A stretch of 64,000 nt of DNA, taken from an uncultured delta proteobacterium (GTDB lineage: Bacteria; Desulfobacterota; BSN033; UBA1163). Below, piece by piece: positions 1 to 9,177 of this stretch (its first letter is position 1; every line of letters begins with the position of its first letter). The stretch spans positions 27,235 through 91,234 of the forward strand of contig CAVSVC010000015.1 of NCBI GenBank assembly GCA_963731045.1. The letters are read 5' to 3'. A program made the translations under genes and the position numbers. The notes under the pieces were generated by a model. It did no database searches and had not been told where the DNA came from. It saw nothing but the letters and a program-made list of their open reading frames with translations.

Positions 1-59
1 ATCCAGAGACACACGAACCCGATGCTCAACAGCACCGTCAGGAATCTTCTGATCTTCAT
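1..59 (-). CDS. 5' end of a secreted protein (signal peptide MKIRRFLTVLLSIGFVCLW...), running off the window; possibly another solute-binding protein
   Basis: ATG at 59 with GAGGAGG RBS upstream on the minus strand; basic-then-hydrophobic N-terminus. Confidence 0.6.
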   Translation of the reverse strand, partial: MKIRRFLTVLLSIGFVCLW

Positions 60-243
60 TCGTCTTCCTCCTCTCGCACAGAGATTTGATCTTTCGAAAC
101 AGGAAGAAAAGAATCTCTTACGTATGCGACCCTGACGCCCCTTCCCGTTGAAGCGTTGCCGTGTCGCCGCAGGCACACTTCTCAACTAAGCCGGCTCGAC
201 GTTGATGAAAGATGAAGCCAGAAATTCCTGATTGAATGATAGG

Positions 244-273
244 CGTATACCACAATCCTTTTTTCGCTGTCAA
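244..273 (-). promoter_or_regulatory. sigma70-type promoter for the leftward gene
   Basis: minus strand reads TTGACA-N18-TATACG with TG upstream of the -10. Confidence 0.5.
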
Positions 274-338
274 GGTTTTTCTCCCTTTCGTCTCTCTCCG
301 CGAAGGAGTGTTGCTTAAGACAGCTCTAAACAGCGGTC

Positions 339-368
339 TTGACACTAAAATTAACATTGTGATATAAA
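339..368 (+). promoter_or_regulatory. sigma70-type promoter for the TRAP operon
   Basis: TTGACA (339-344), N18, TATAAA with extended -10 TG. Confidence 0.65.
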
Positions 369-554
369 GGCGCGGTAAGAGAGTCGGGCGCGTTGCTCCG
401 TTTTCGATGGCAACGCGGGGTGCCTGCGGTTTTTTTATGCCGAGGGGGGGCGCGTAAGCGGGCTGAGAGATTTTTCCGGTTTCCCTGAGTGCCGGCCCTG
501 ACGCCTTTTGCCGTATAACGGTGTAATCGAATTCTCACAGAAAGGGGAGGAAAG

Positions 555-1589
555 ATGAAAAAGAGGACTCTTTTGACGGTATTGGGTACGGCCTGTCTCG
601 TTTTCATGTTTGCAGCTCCGTCCATGGCCCAGGTCATCAAACTGACCCTGGCCGAGCAGAATGCGGAAATGGGGTGGGGGCCGGTGCATGCGGAAAAGCC
701 GTGGGCCAAGAAGATCGAGGATGCCACCAAAGGCCGGGTGAAGATCGACGTCTTTTATGCTCAAACCCTTGCTAAGGGACCGGATATCTTTAATGCGGTG
801 AAGACCGGGGTAGCCGACATGGGGTGGTGTTTTCACGGGTACTGGCCGGACATGACGCCGCTCTCCGACGTCATCACCCTCCCGTCCCTGCCGATCCCTA
901 ATGCGGAGAAGGCCAGTGAGGTGCTTTGGAAACTTTACGAGAGATTTCCTTCTATCCGGAACGAGTACAAAGATGTTCATACGCTTCATCTGTGGGCGAG
1001 CAGCCCGTACTTCCTGATTACGACGAAGAAGCAGGTTAAGACCATCGAAGATATCAAGGGTCTAAAGATCAGGGTCGTTGGAGGTCCTCCGACCGAGCAG
1101 ATGAAGGCGCTCGGAGCCATTCCCACCCTCATCCCCATGCCCGATACCTACCTCGCGATGGACAAGGGAGTGATTGACGGAATGGGAGCACCCTGGGAGG
1201 CCATCCACGGCTTCAGACTCTATGAAATCGCAAAATATTACACCTTGGTTCCGCTCTCCGCCGTCTACTTCTCGATGTCGGTCAATAAGCAGAAATGGGA
1301 TAGCCTGCCCAAGGATATCCAGGAGGCGATTACAAGTGTCAGCGGTCTGGAAGCGGCCAAGTTCTGGGGGAGGAACTGGTTCGATACCGCCCGGGAAGGG
1401 GTCTTGGAGGCCGCCAAGAAGGGAAACTATACGATGAACATGTACTCCGTTCCTCCGGAAGAGGAGGCGAGATGGGCCAAAGTAGCGGGTGAGCCTCTCT
1501 GGAAGGAATGGGTCAAGAAGATGGAGGGCAAGGGCCGCCCGGATGCCCAGCAGGTTCTCAACACGGCCCTCGATTTGCTCAAGAAATGA
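555..1589 (+). CDS. dctP: TRAP transporter substrate-binding protein
   Basis: signal peptide; DIKGLKIRV, ALGAIP and GVIDG motifs; followed by dctQ/dctM. Confidence 0.92.
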   Translation: MKKRTLLTVLGTACLVFMFAAPSMAQVIKLTLAEQNAEMGWGPVHAEKPWAKKIEDATKGRVKIDVFYAQTLAKGPDIFNAVKTGVADMGWCFHGYWPDMTPLSDVITLPSLPIPNAEKASEVLWKLYERFPSIRNEYKDVHTLHLWASSPYFLITTKKQVKTIEDIKGLKIRVVGGPPTEQMKALGAIPTLIPMPDTYLAMDKGVIDGMGAPWEAIHGFRLYEIAKYYTLVPLSAVYFSMSVNKQKWDSLPKDIQEAITSVSGLEAAKFWGRNWFDTAREGVLEAAKKGNYTMNMYSVPPEEEARWAKVAGEPLWKEWVKKMEGKGRPDAQQVLNTALDLLKK

Positions 1590-1636
1590 TTCCCGTCAAA
1601 CAGCGAGAAAGGGGAAGATCATTTACCTGATCTTTG

Positions 1637-1669
1637 TTCGGCCCTTTACTGCATCAGTAAAGGGCCGAA
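1637..1669 (+). terminator. intercistronic hairpin after dctP (mRNA stabiliser or partial terminator)
   Basis: TTCGGCCCTTTACTG-cat-CAGTAAAGGGCCGAA perfect 15-bp stem. Confidence 0.6.
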
Positions 1670-1702
1670 TCTTCATAATTGATTGGAAGGGGTGAAAAAT
1701 CG

Positions 1703-2228
1703 ATGCAGAAGTTGCTCAATGGTTGCGAACGCGTGATGCTTTATGTTTCTGCCATGTCGGCCTTTGTCCTGATGCTGCTGACAACGGCGGATGCAGGGGG
1801 ACGGTATATCTTTAACCGGCCGATCACAGGGGCCTATGAGATTACGACGAACTACCTGATGGTCGCTGCGGTTTTCCTGGCGGTGAGCTACGGCTACCGT
1901 CAGGGCGCTTATATCCGGGTCACCTTCTTGGCGGATCACCTGCCCCGGATGGTGAAGCTCGTGGTGAACTACCTCGTCCAGATGCTCTCCGTGGGTTATG
2001 GGGTCCTGCTCGTGATCGCCACATACCAACAGGCCCTCCGCACCATCGCAACGGGGACGACCCTGAGCAGTCTCGATTTTATTCCGCAGGGTCCCGCCTA
2101 TGTGATCGTTCCTGTGGGCCTCTTTTTCATGTCCCTGGCCATGCTGCTTGACATTCGCAAGGTCAGGAAAGGGACATCTCCTCTCTTCCAGAGAGGAATC
2201 TCCTACCTGCTGTGTAACCGGCAAGTAA
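1703..2228 (+). CDS. dctQ: TRAP small permease; the ORF track reads into dctM, probably from a frameshift near 2190, so the end is approximate
   Basis: GRYIFNRPITGAYE and YIRVTFL DctQ motifs, four hydrophobic segments. Confidence 0.85.
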
Positions 2229-2259
2229 CACAAATGAATTCATTTACGGAGATCAAAAA

Positions 2260-3546
2260 ATGGTTGCTCTGCCTTTTATTGCCATGGTTATCGCTCTTCT
2301 TCTCGGCTTTCCGATCGCTTTTTCTCTCGCCGGGTCCGGCATTCTGGGCATCTATCTCACCACGGGGAGCTGGGCCAAGGTGATGGGGATTCTGGGGATG
2401 GCGCCTTTCACTGCGGTTTCCGATTATTCGCTGACCACCGTCCCCATGTTCATTCTGATGGCCTACTTCTCGGCTTCAAGCGGTCTTGCCCGCGACCTCT
2501 TCAAGGCCGGGGCGAACTGGCTGTCCCATATCCGGGGAGGCCTCGGGGTTGCGACGGTTTTCGCCTGCGGGATCTTCGGGGCCATGTCCGGGGCGAGCGT
2601 TGCCGCGGCCTCCGTCATGTCGACGATTGCTTACCCGGAAATGCGGCGTCACGGTTATTCGGAACAACTGGCAGCGGGCACGGTGGGTATCGGATCGACG
2701 CTTGACATTCTGATCCCGCCGAGCGTTGCCATGGTCATTTACGGCATTGCGACACAGACGTCGATCGCCAAATTGCTTATCGCAGGAACCGTGCCGGGGA
2801 TCATTGTAGGAATCTTTCTGGCAGTCGCCATTTTTGCCTGGGTTCGCATCAGACCCCAGGATGCGCCTGAGACTTACCGTGTGCCCATGGACGAACGCTG
2901 GGCAAGCGTTCGCCGCATCTGGCCAAGCCTTCTCCTGATCCTTGTCGTCGTCATTCTTCTCTACACAGGCATCGTCACCCCGACGGAAGTGGGCGCTATC
3001 GGCGCCTTCATGGCGGCCCTGATCGGGGCGGCGTTTGGCAGTCTCCGATGGCCGGGCATTATTGATGCCCTAAAGATGACCATTCGCACGAGTGCCATGA
3101 TCTTTATGATCATCATCGGCGCAACCATCTTCGGCTATTACATGGCCCTGAGCCGGGTGCCTCAACAGGTCGTCGCAGCGGTGACGGGCATGGACCTCAA
3201 TCGATGGGTTGTCATCATCGGGATTGTCGTGGGTTACTTCGTCATCAGCATGTTCATGGATGAAATCCCGCTCCTCCTCCTCACCCTTCAACTGACATTC
3301 CCGCTCATTACGCACCTCGGCTTCGACCCCATCTGGTTCGGAGTCATGTCGATGATGATGGTGGCCATGGGGCTCGTCTTCCCGCCGGTGGGGATGATTG
3401 CTTTTGTCGTCAGTTCGACGGCGAAGGTAGACCTGGTGAAGGTCTATACGGGGACCAGCGTCCTGATGATCGCCATCTTGATTACGACGATTCTCATCAT
3501 GGTTTTCCCCGCCATCGTTCTCTGGCTTCCTGCAACGATGCGTTAG
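2260..3546 (+). CDS. dctM: TRAP large permease
   Basis: GAMSGAS, LIPPS, TPTEVGA and GFDPIWFG motifs. Confidence 0.93.
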   Translation: MVALPFIAMVIALLLGFPIAFSLAGSGILGIYLTTGSWAKVMGILGMAPFTAVSDYSLTTVPMFILMAYFSASSGLARDLFKAGANWLSHIRGGLGVATVFACGIFGAMSGASVAAASVMSTIAYPEMRRHGYSEQLAAGTVGIGSTLDILIPPSVAMVIYGIATQTSIAKLLIAGTVPGIIVGIFLAVAIFAWVRIRPQDAPETYRVPMDERWASVRRIWPSLLLILVVVILLYTGIVTPTEVGAIGAFMAALIGAAFGSLRWPGIIDALKMTIRTSAMIFMIIIGATIFGYYMALSRVPQQVVAAVTGMDLNRWVVIIGIVVGYFVISMFMDEIPLLLLTLQLTFPLITHLGFDPIWFGVMSMMMVAMGLVFPPVGMIAFVVSSTAKVDLVKVYTGTSVLMIAILITTILIMVFPAIVLWLPATMR

Positions 3547-3767
3547 CCGGACTCCCGGTAACGATAAGACGCTGTCAGGAATGGGGGTGATTTCGGGTCT
3601 TTCACCCCTTTCTTGACCGGCATGTTCCCCGTCAAGGGGCACAAATCCTAATCGATGAAAGAAAGAAACGGTGGTTCCGAAGAGTCGGCCGGAATTGTTG
3701 GGAACGGCGTATATCAGAAAGCCCTTTCCGGGGCTCACAGAGTGGAGAAAGAAGAGAGGTGGGAAGG

Positions 3768-4097
3768 ATGGCCAGGCACGGATTGCTGATCGACTACGAG
3801 TATTGCACGGGATGCCACACCTGCGAGGTGGCCTGTAAACAGGAGCACAATTATCCTGTTGGGAAGTGGGGGATCAAGGTCAACGAGATTGTTCTGGAGA
3901 CCTTCGACAGGATTGCCATCGATTACATCCCCTTTCCGACGGATCTCTGTAACTTATGTATTCAGAGAACCCGGGAGGGGATCCCGCCAGCCTGCGTGAA
4001 GCATTGCCAGGCGGGGTGCATGTCGTACGGGCCTGTCAAAGAGCTGGCTGAAGTGATGGAGAAGAAACCCAAAACCGTTCTCTTTGCGCCGAAATAA
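3768..4097 (+). CDS. short 4Fe-4S dicluster subunit of a molybdopterin oxidoreductase (copy 1)
   Basis: CTGCHTCEVAC and CNLC...PACVKHC motifs; 109 aa; near-identical to 13161..13490. Confidence 0.88.
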   Translation: MARHGLLIDYEYCTGCHTCEVACKQEHNYPVGKWGIKVNEIVLETFDRIAIDYIPFPTDLCNLCIQRTREGIPPACVKHCQAGCMSYGPVKELAEVMEKKPKTVLFAPK

Positions 4098-4213
4098 TGA
4101 TACGAAACCGATCCAAGGATTTGGATTAAGGAGTTTTGGGTTGTTGAACAGGTTTGACAGGGGCATCTTTAGCTGCGTTTTCCATTGTGCCTAACGTGGA
4201 AAGGAGGCTTGAA

Positions 4214-5251
4214 ATGGAGAAAAAGAGAGGACTGCTTACCCTGGTAGGAATTGTCTGCCTTGTCTTCTTCTTTGTGACCTCTGCACCGGCTCAGGTGATC
4301 AAACTGACGCTGGCGGACCAGAACCCCCAGACCGGATGGGGGGGAGTGGAGGCCCTTCAACCCTGGGTCAAGAAAGTTGAGGACGCGACAAAAGGGAAGG
4401 TGAAAATAGATGTCTATTACTCCCAGACACTGGCCAAAGCGCCGGATATCTGGAATGCCGTCAAGACAGGCGTTGCGGACATGGGGTGGTGTTTCCACGG
4501 ATATTGGCCCGACATGACGCCTCTGGCGGACGTGGTTACCCTTCCTTCCCTGCCGTTTAAGAGCGCGGAGAAGGGCAGTGAAGTCCTCTGGAAGCTCTAC
4601 GAGAAGTACCCGGCCATTCAGCATCATTTCAAAGATGTTCATCCCCTCATGCTCTGGACCAGCCATCCTTACATCTTAATCACGACAAAGAAACAGGTTA
4701 AAACCCTTGAGGACATCAAGGGGCTGAAGATCAGGGTGACGGGGGGACCTCCGACAGAGCAGATGAAGGCACTGGGGGCCGTTCCCGTCCTCATGCCCAT
4801 GCCCGACGTCTACCAGGCCATGGACAAAGGGGTCATCGACGGGATGGGGGCGCCGTGGGAACCCATTCTCGCCTACCGGCTTTACGAGGTTGTAAAGTAT
4901 TACACGATTGTGCCCCTTTCTGCGGTCTATTTCTCGATGCCCATCAACAAACAGAAATGGGAGAGCCTCCCCAAGAACGTTCAGGATGACATCACGAGCG
5001 TCAGCGGTCTGGAGGGGGCCAAGTTCTGGGGCCGCAACTTCTTCGACAGGGTCGAAGCCGCCGTCGATGAGACAGTGAAAAAAGGCGGCCATACCATGGT
5101 CAAATATACCGTTCCTCCGGAGGAGGTCGAGAGGTGGACGAGGGTAGCCGGGATGCCGATCTGGAAGGAATGGGTTAAAAAGATGGAAGGCAAAGGGTAT
5201 CCTGAGGCTCAGCAGATCCTCAACACGACCCTCGATCTGCTGAAGAAATAG
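4214..5251 (+). CDS. dctP: TRAP substrate-binding protein, close paralog of 555..1589
   Basis: AAGGAGG RBS before ATG 4214; shares AVKTGVADMGWCFHGYWPDMTPL exactly with the first DctP. Confidence 0.92.
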   Translation: MEKKRGLLTLVGIVCLVFFFVTSAPAQVIKLTLADQNPQTGWGGVEALQPWVKKVEDATKGKVKIDVYYSQTLAKAPDIWNAVKTGVADMGWCFHGYWPDMTPLADVVTLPSLPFKSAEKGSEVLWKLYEKYPAIQHHFKDVHPLMLWTSHPYILITTKKQVKTLEDIKGLKIRVTGGPPTEQMKALGAVPVLMPMPDVYQAMDKGVIDGMGAPWEPILAYRLYEVVKYYTIVPLSAVYFSMPINKQKWESLPKNVQDDITSVSGLEGAKFWGRNFFDRVEAAVDETVKKGGHTMVKYTVPPEEVERWTRVAGMPIWKEWVKKMEGKGYPEAQQILNTTLDLLKK

Positions 5252-5291
5252 TAGACCCTGGATCCCGACACGTGGGAGACAATGGGAGGTA

Positions 5292-7541
5292 ATGCACATG
5301 CGGAATAAGAAAGAGGACAAGGGTGTACAAATTGTTAAGATGGGGGCCTGGTCCGGGGGACCGGGCTGTCACGGAGGGTGCGGTGTTGATGTCCATGTTA
5401 AAGATGGCCGGGTCATCAAGGTGGAAGGGGATTCTGACCATCCTTTTCTACAGGGAAGAGCCTGTCCGCGAGTTTTAGCTATGACCCAATTGATGTATCA
5501 CCCCGATCGGTTGAAGTACCCGCTCAAGAGGGTCGGGGAAAGGGGGGAAGGCAAGTGGGCTCGGATCTCCTGGAAAGAGGCCAATGACACCATCTATACC
5601 CGGATGATGGAGATCAAAGAGAAATACGGACCGGAATCGATGGTCTTCGGGCAGGGGACGGGCAGGGATGCGGGGGGACCGATTCTTCTTCTGGCCTATG
5701 CCTACGGAAGTCCGAACTGGACCCTTCTCGGGCTTTCCGGTATCTCCTGCTTTACTCCGAGGCTGGCGGGCATGTATGTCATCGAAGGTGATTTTACCTT
5801 TATGGACGCCGCTCAGTTTTCCCCTCTTCGATATCAGGATCCGGAATGGACTCCGCCCAAATGCCTGATCGTCTGGGGCAGGGAGCCCGTTGCAGGATGT
5901 TCCGACCACTATGCCACAGGCCACTGGATGGTCGATTGCATGAAGCGCGGGACGGAAATCATTGCTGTGGATCCAAGATGCACCTGGATCGCCTCCAGGG
6001 CGAAACTCTGGCTGCAGATCCGTCCCGGAACGGATGGGGCGCTGGCGCTGGGGTTGATGAACATCATCATCAATGAGGGGCTCTACGATAAAGCCTTCGT
6101 AGCGAAATGGGTCCATGGTTTTGAGGAATTGAAAACGAGGGTTCAGGAGTATACTCCGGAACGGGTTTCACACATCACGTGGATCCCCAAGGAGAAGATC
6201 ATCGCAGCGGCGCGGCTCTATGCCGAGAGCAAGCCGGCCGCCATCCAGTGGGGTGTGCCCGTTGACATGAATGCCGAGGCGACCTCCGTAGTCCAGGCCA
6301 TTACGTCACTCTGGTGCATTACGGGAAATCTGGATATTCCCGGAGGAAATGTCATCTGCAGGAGTCCTTTCGGCGTCTCGATCTATCCCTACTCCTCGGA
6401 AGAACTCACTGCGATCTATGGCGAAGCCTTCGTCAAAAAGCTCTCGGAAAAACGGATCGGAGCGGATCGTTATCCCCTGGTGAAGAATTTCAGAGGGTGG
6501 GCCTTATCCGACTCCGTTCTTGAACAGATGGAGACAGGCCAGCCCTATCCGATCAAGGGCATGTGGATCCAGACGAACAATTTCATCGCCTGCGCCGCGG
6601 GGGATCCCCGGCGTCATTACGAGGCCATCCGGAAGCTCGATTTCAACGTTGTTGTGGACCTCTTCATGACCCCCACGGCCCAGGCTGTGGCGGATATCGT
6701 CCTTCCGGCAGGGACCTTTCCAGAAAAGGACTCCGTCTTCTCTACGGGCATTCCCCTCAATGCCATACAGAAAGTGGTGCAGGTGGAAGAATGTAAGTCC
6801 GATTGGGAAATCAACTTCGAGTTGGCCAAGAGATTCAATCCGGAGATCGTCCACTGGAATAATGTGAAAGAGATGTTCTCCGAAAGAATCCGTCCCTCGG
6901 GACTCACGTTTGACGAACTCCGCAAGCAGGCCTGGGCCCTTCCGCCCAAAGGCCACCCCTCGGGAACCGCTCCGTACCGAAGGTACGAAGTGGGACTGCT
7001 TCGCCCGGATAAGAAGCCCGGCTTCCGAACTCCGACCGGTAAGATCGAGGTCTACTCCACCACCCTGGAGTCCTATGGCCTTGATCCGCTTCCTTACTTC
7101 GAGGAACCTCCGGAGAGTCCTTTGCGGACGCCCCAGATCTGGAAGGAATTTCCCCTGATCATGATGACCGGAAGACGGTCTCCTGTGCTCTTCCACAGCG
7201 AACATCGTCAGATTCCGTGGCTCCGAGAAATCGATCCTGACCCCATCGTGGAGATCCATCCGGAGACGGCCCGGGCCCTGGGGATCGAAAACGGGAACTG
7301 GGTCTGGATTGAAGGAAGACGGGGGCGGGTGAAGCGGAAGGCGAAACTCACTCCGATCGTCCATCCGAAAATGGTCATGGTTCCCCACGGGTGGTGGCTG
7401 CCGGAAAAGGAAGGAAAGGATCATCTCTATCACGTGTGGGATATCAATGTGAACCAGCTTATCCCGATGGGATGTCAGAGCAGATCCGGGTTCGGGGGCG
7501 GTCCTTACAAATCGATGCTCTGCAAGATCTATAAGGTGTAG
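5292..7541 (+). CDS. Mo/W-bisPGD oxidoreductase catalytic subunit, acetylene hydratase/catechol dehydroxylase branch (paralog 1), no Tat signal
   Basis: CHGGC...CPR Fe-S region, HPDRLKYPLKR, ISW, IRPGTDGALAL, ADIVLP and FHSEHR motifs; candidate Cys ligand in SCFTPR. Confidence 0.9.
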   Translation: MHMRNKKEDKGVQIVKMGAWSGGPGCHGGCGVDVHVKDGRVIKVEGDSDHPFLQGRACPRVLAMTQLMYHPDRLKYPLKRVGERGEGKWARISWKEANDTIYTRMMEIKEKYGPESMVFGQGTGRDAGGPILLLAYAYGSPNWTLLGLSGISCFTPRLAGMYVIEGDFTFMDAAQFSPLRYQDPEWTPPKCLIVWGREPVAGCSDHYATGHWMVDCMKRGTEIIAVDPRCTWIASRAKLWLQIRPGTDGALALGLMNIIINEGLYDKAFVAKWVHGFEELKTRVQEYTPERVSHITWIPKEKIIAAARLYAESKPAAIQWGVPVDMNAEATSVVQAITSLWCITGNLDIPGGNVICRSPFGVSIYPYSSEELTAIYGEAFVKKLSEKRIGADRYPLVKNFRGWALSDSVLEQMETGQPYPIKGMWIQTNNFIACAAGDPRRHYEAIRKLDFNVVVDLFMTPTAQAVADIVLPAGTFPEKDSVFSTGIPLNAIQKVVQVEECKSDWEINFELAKRFNPEIVHWNNVKEMFSERIRPSGLTFDELRKQAWALPPKGHPSGTAPYRRYEVGLLRPDKKPGFRTPTGKIEVYSTTLESYGLDPLPYFEEPPESPLRTPQIWKEFPLIMMTGRRSPVLFHSEHRQIPWLREIDPDPIVEIHPETARALGIENGNWVWIEGRRGRVKRKAKLTPIVHPKMVMVPHGWWLPEKEGKDHLYHVWDINVNQLIPMGCQSRSGFGGGPYKSMLCKIYKV

Positions 7542-7580
7542 TAGATTGATTCCAAAATACCATAACAACGGCAGATTCTT

Positions 7581-7646
7581 GTAGCCGCAGGCTTTAGCCT
7601 GCGAAAAATGGCTGCCAGACCAACGCAACCTAAAGGTTGCGGCTAC
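7581..7646. repeat. GTAG-type REP doublet (REPIN-like)
   Basis: GTAGCCGCAGGCTTTAGCCTGCG ... CGCAACCTAAAGGTTGCGGCTAC inverted pair, each arm an internal hairpin. Confidence 0.75.
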
Positions 7647-7729
7647 CAATCCATTGAGACAACAATTAGGAAACGTTCTGAGTCGTCTGCCGAAATCTCG
7701 GAAAAGAATTCGCCTGAAAGGAGGAAATC

Positions 7730-8705
7730 ATGAAGTATTTCATTCCCATTCTCGGTCTCGTGTCTGATGATCCTTGGGTTGAGCGTTGGAGCTACAGCGC
7801 TCAAAGCACAGTCCTACCCCGCTTATCCCATTCAGGTGGTTGTTCCCAATGACCCGGGGTCAGCAGGAGATCTGGCTGCAAGGTACTTTGTCGAAGAGTT
7901 GAGCAAGACGTTGAAAGGGTCCGCTGTCGTCCTGAATAAGCCGGGTGGGTCCTCTACCCTGGGGACGGATTATGTCGTGAAGAGCAAGAAGGACGGTTAT
8001 ACCCTTCTTTATGCAAATACCTCCGCCGTGGTCTATGCAAGGGCCACAAACCCGGAGATCGTACCGTACGATCCAGTCAAGGATCTCGACCCCCTCGGTT
8101 TCCACTGTATTCTCACACTGACGGTGACGGTCCGAGGAGATGCCCCCTGGAAGACCTTCAATGAAATGATCGACCATGCCAAGAAGAACCCGGGGACGGT
8201 CCGGTTCGGGATTCACGGCCAGGGAACGATCGATCATTTCAATCTTGAACTGATCAAGGCATGGACAGGCGCACAATTTAACGTTATCCCGTTCAAGGGG
8301 ACAGCTGCGACGACAACGGCCCTGCTGGGCGGGCATGTGGATGCCACGGTCATCGTCAATAGCCTGGTGACCCCCCATGTGAATGCCGGTAGACTGAAAC
8401 TGCTCCTCCTCACCAACAAGATGCGTGAATACCCCAATGTCCCGATGATCACGGAAGTGGGATACAAACAGAATCTGCTCTCGCCATGGTTCGGTTGGTT
8501 TGCTGCGGCTGGGACCCCTGAGGAGGCGAAGAAGGTTCTCATCCCGGCCATCGAGAAGACGACGAAGATCCCGGATTTGATCCAAAAGATCGAGAAACTT
8601 GGATTGCTTTCGGATTATAGGTCGCCTGAAGAGCTGAAGAAGACGATGATGAGCGACTATGAAACCGCCCGGGCCCTGGCCGTAAAGCTGGGTCTGGCCA
8701 AGTGA
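7730..8705 (+). CDS. tripartite tricarboxylate transporter (Bug/TctC family) substrate-binding protein; frameshift within the signal peptide near 7765
   Basis: AGGAGG RBS + ATG 7730; YPAYPIQVVVP, NKPGG, DGYTLL, LLGGHVD and PNVP Bug motifs. Confidence 0.88.
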
Positions 8706-8846
8706 TCGTTATAAGAGGTTACGGTTACGAAGCCCGTTTCGCTACAGGAAGGATGGTTACGGTTTAGCTCCAAGCCGAACAACGTAGCCGGATGACGATA
8801 CGGGCATCGTTACCGTTGCCGTCAGACGAAATCTTTGTTCTTGACC

Positions 8847-9083
8847 TCAGGGGATTTGAGGTTTCTTCAGAGGCGGGATCAAGGGCTTGTCCGTCATTTT
8901 CCCCATCTTATCCTCACTCAACTTGAACTGCGCGGGATAGAGGTCTTTGTTTCGAATCTCTTCTTTCTCGGTGTTTCTCCAGACGAAATTGCAGCGTCCG
9001 CATCGATACAGTTCCCATGCCCTGTCCCGCGGGGCCTCGAAGAATTTGATCCCTTCATCTTTTTCGCATCTCGGACAGAACAC
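8847..9083 (-). CDS. bsdD: hydroxyarylic acid decarboxylase small subunit D (BsdD/VdcD-like zinc-binding protein)
   Basis: CPRC...WELYRCGRCNFVWRNTE; C-terminal IPPL; directly downstream of the BsdC-like gene. Confidence 0.85.
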   Translation of the reverse strand: MFCPRCEKDEGIKFFEAPRDRAWELYRCGRCNFVWRNTEKEEIRNKDLYPAQFKLSEDKMGKMTDKPLIPPLKKPQIP

Positions 9084-9105
9084 GGGGGCCTCCTTACCCG
9101 TTCGA

Positions 9106-9177
9106 CGGCACTAAACCCGGGGGTTTAGTGCCGCTCAGGGTCTACTCTGAGCAAGCCCCGGCATTTATGCCGGGGAG
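9106..9177. repeat. miniature palindromic element overlapping the bsdC 3' end and the bsdC-bsdD spacer
   Basis: CGGCACTAAACCC-GG-GGGTTTAGTGCCG and CCCCGGCATTTATGCCGGGG hairpins linked by CTCAGGGTCTACTCTGAG. Confidence 0.6.

Noticed and set aside
5292-7541. Calling the Mo paralogs acetylene hydratase or DMSO/formate/nitrate reductase
   Set aside because: The Asp13 equivalent is His, there is no Tat signal or anchor subunit, and no in-frame TGA/Sec was seen
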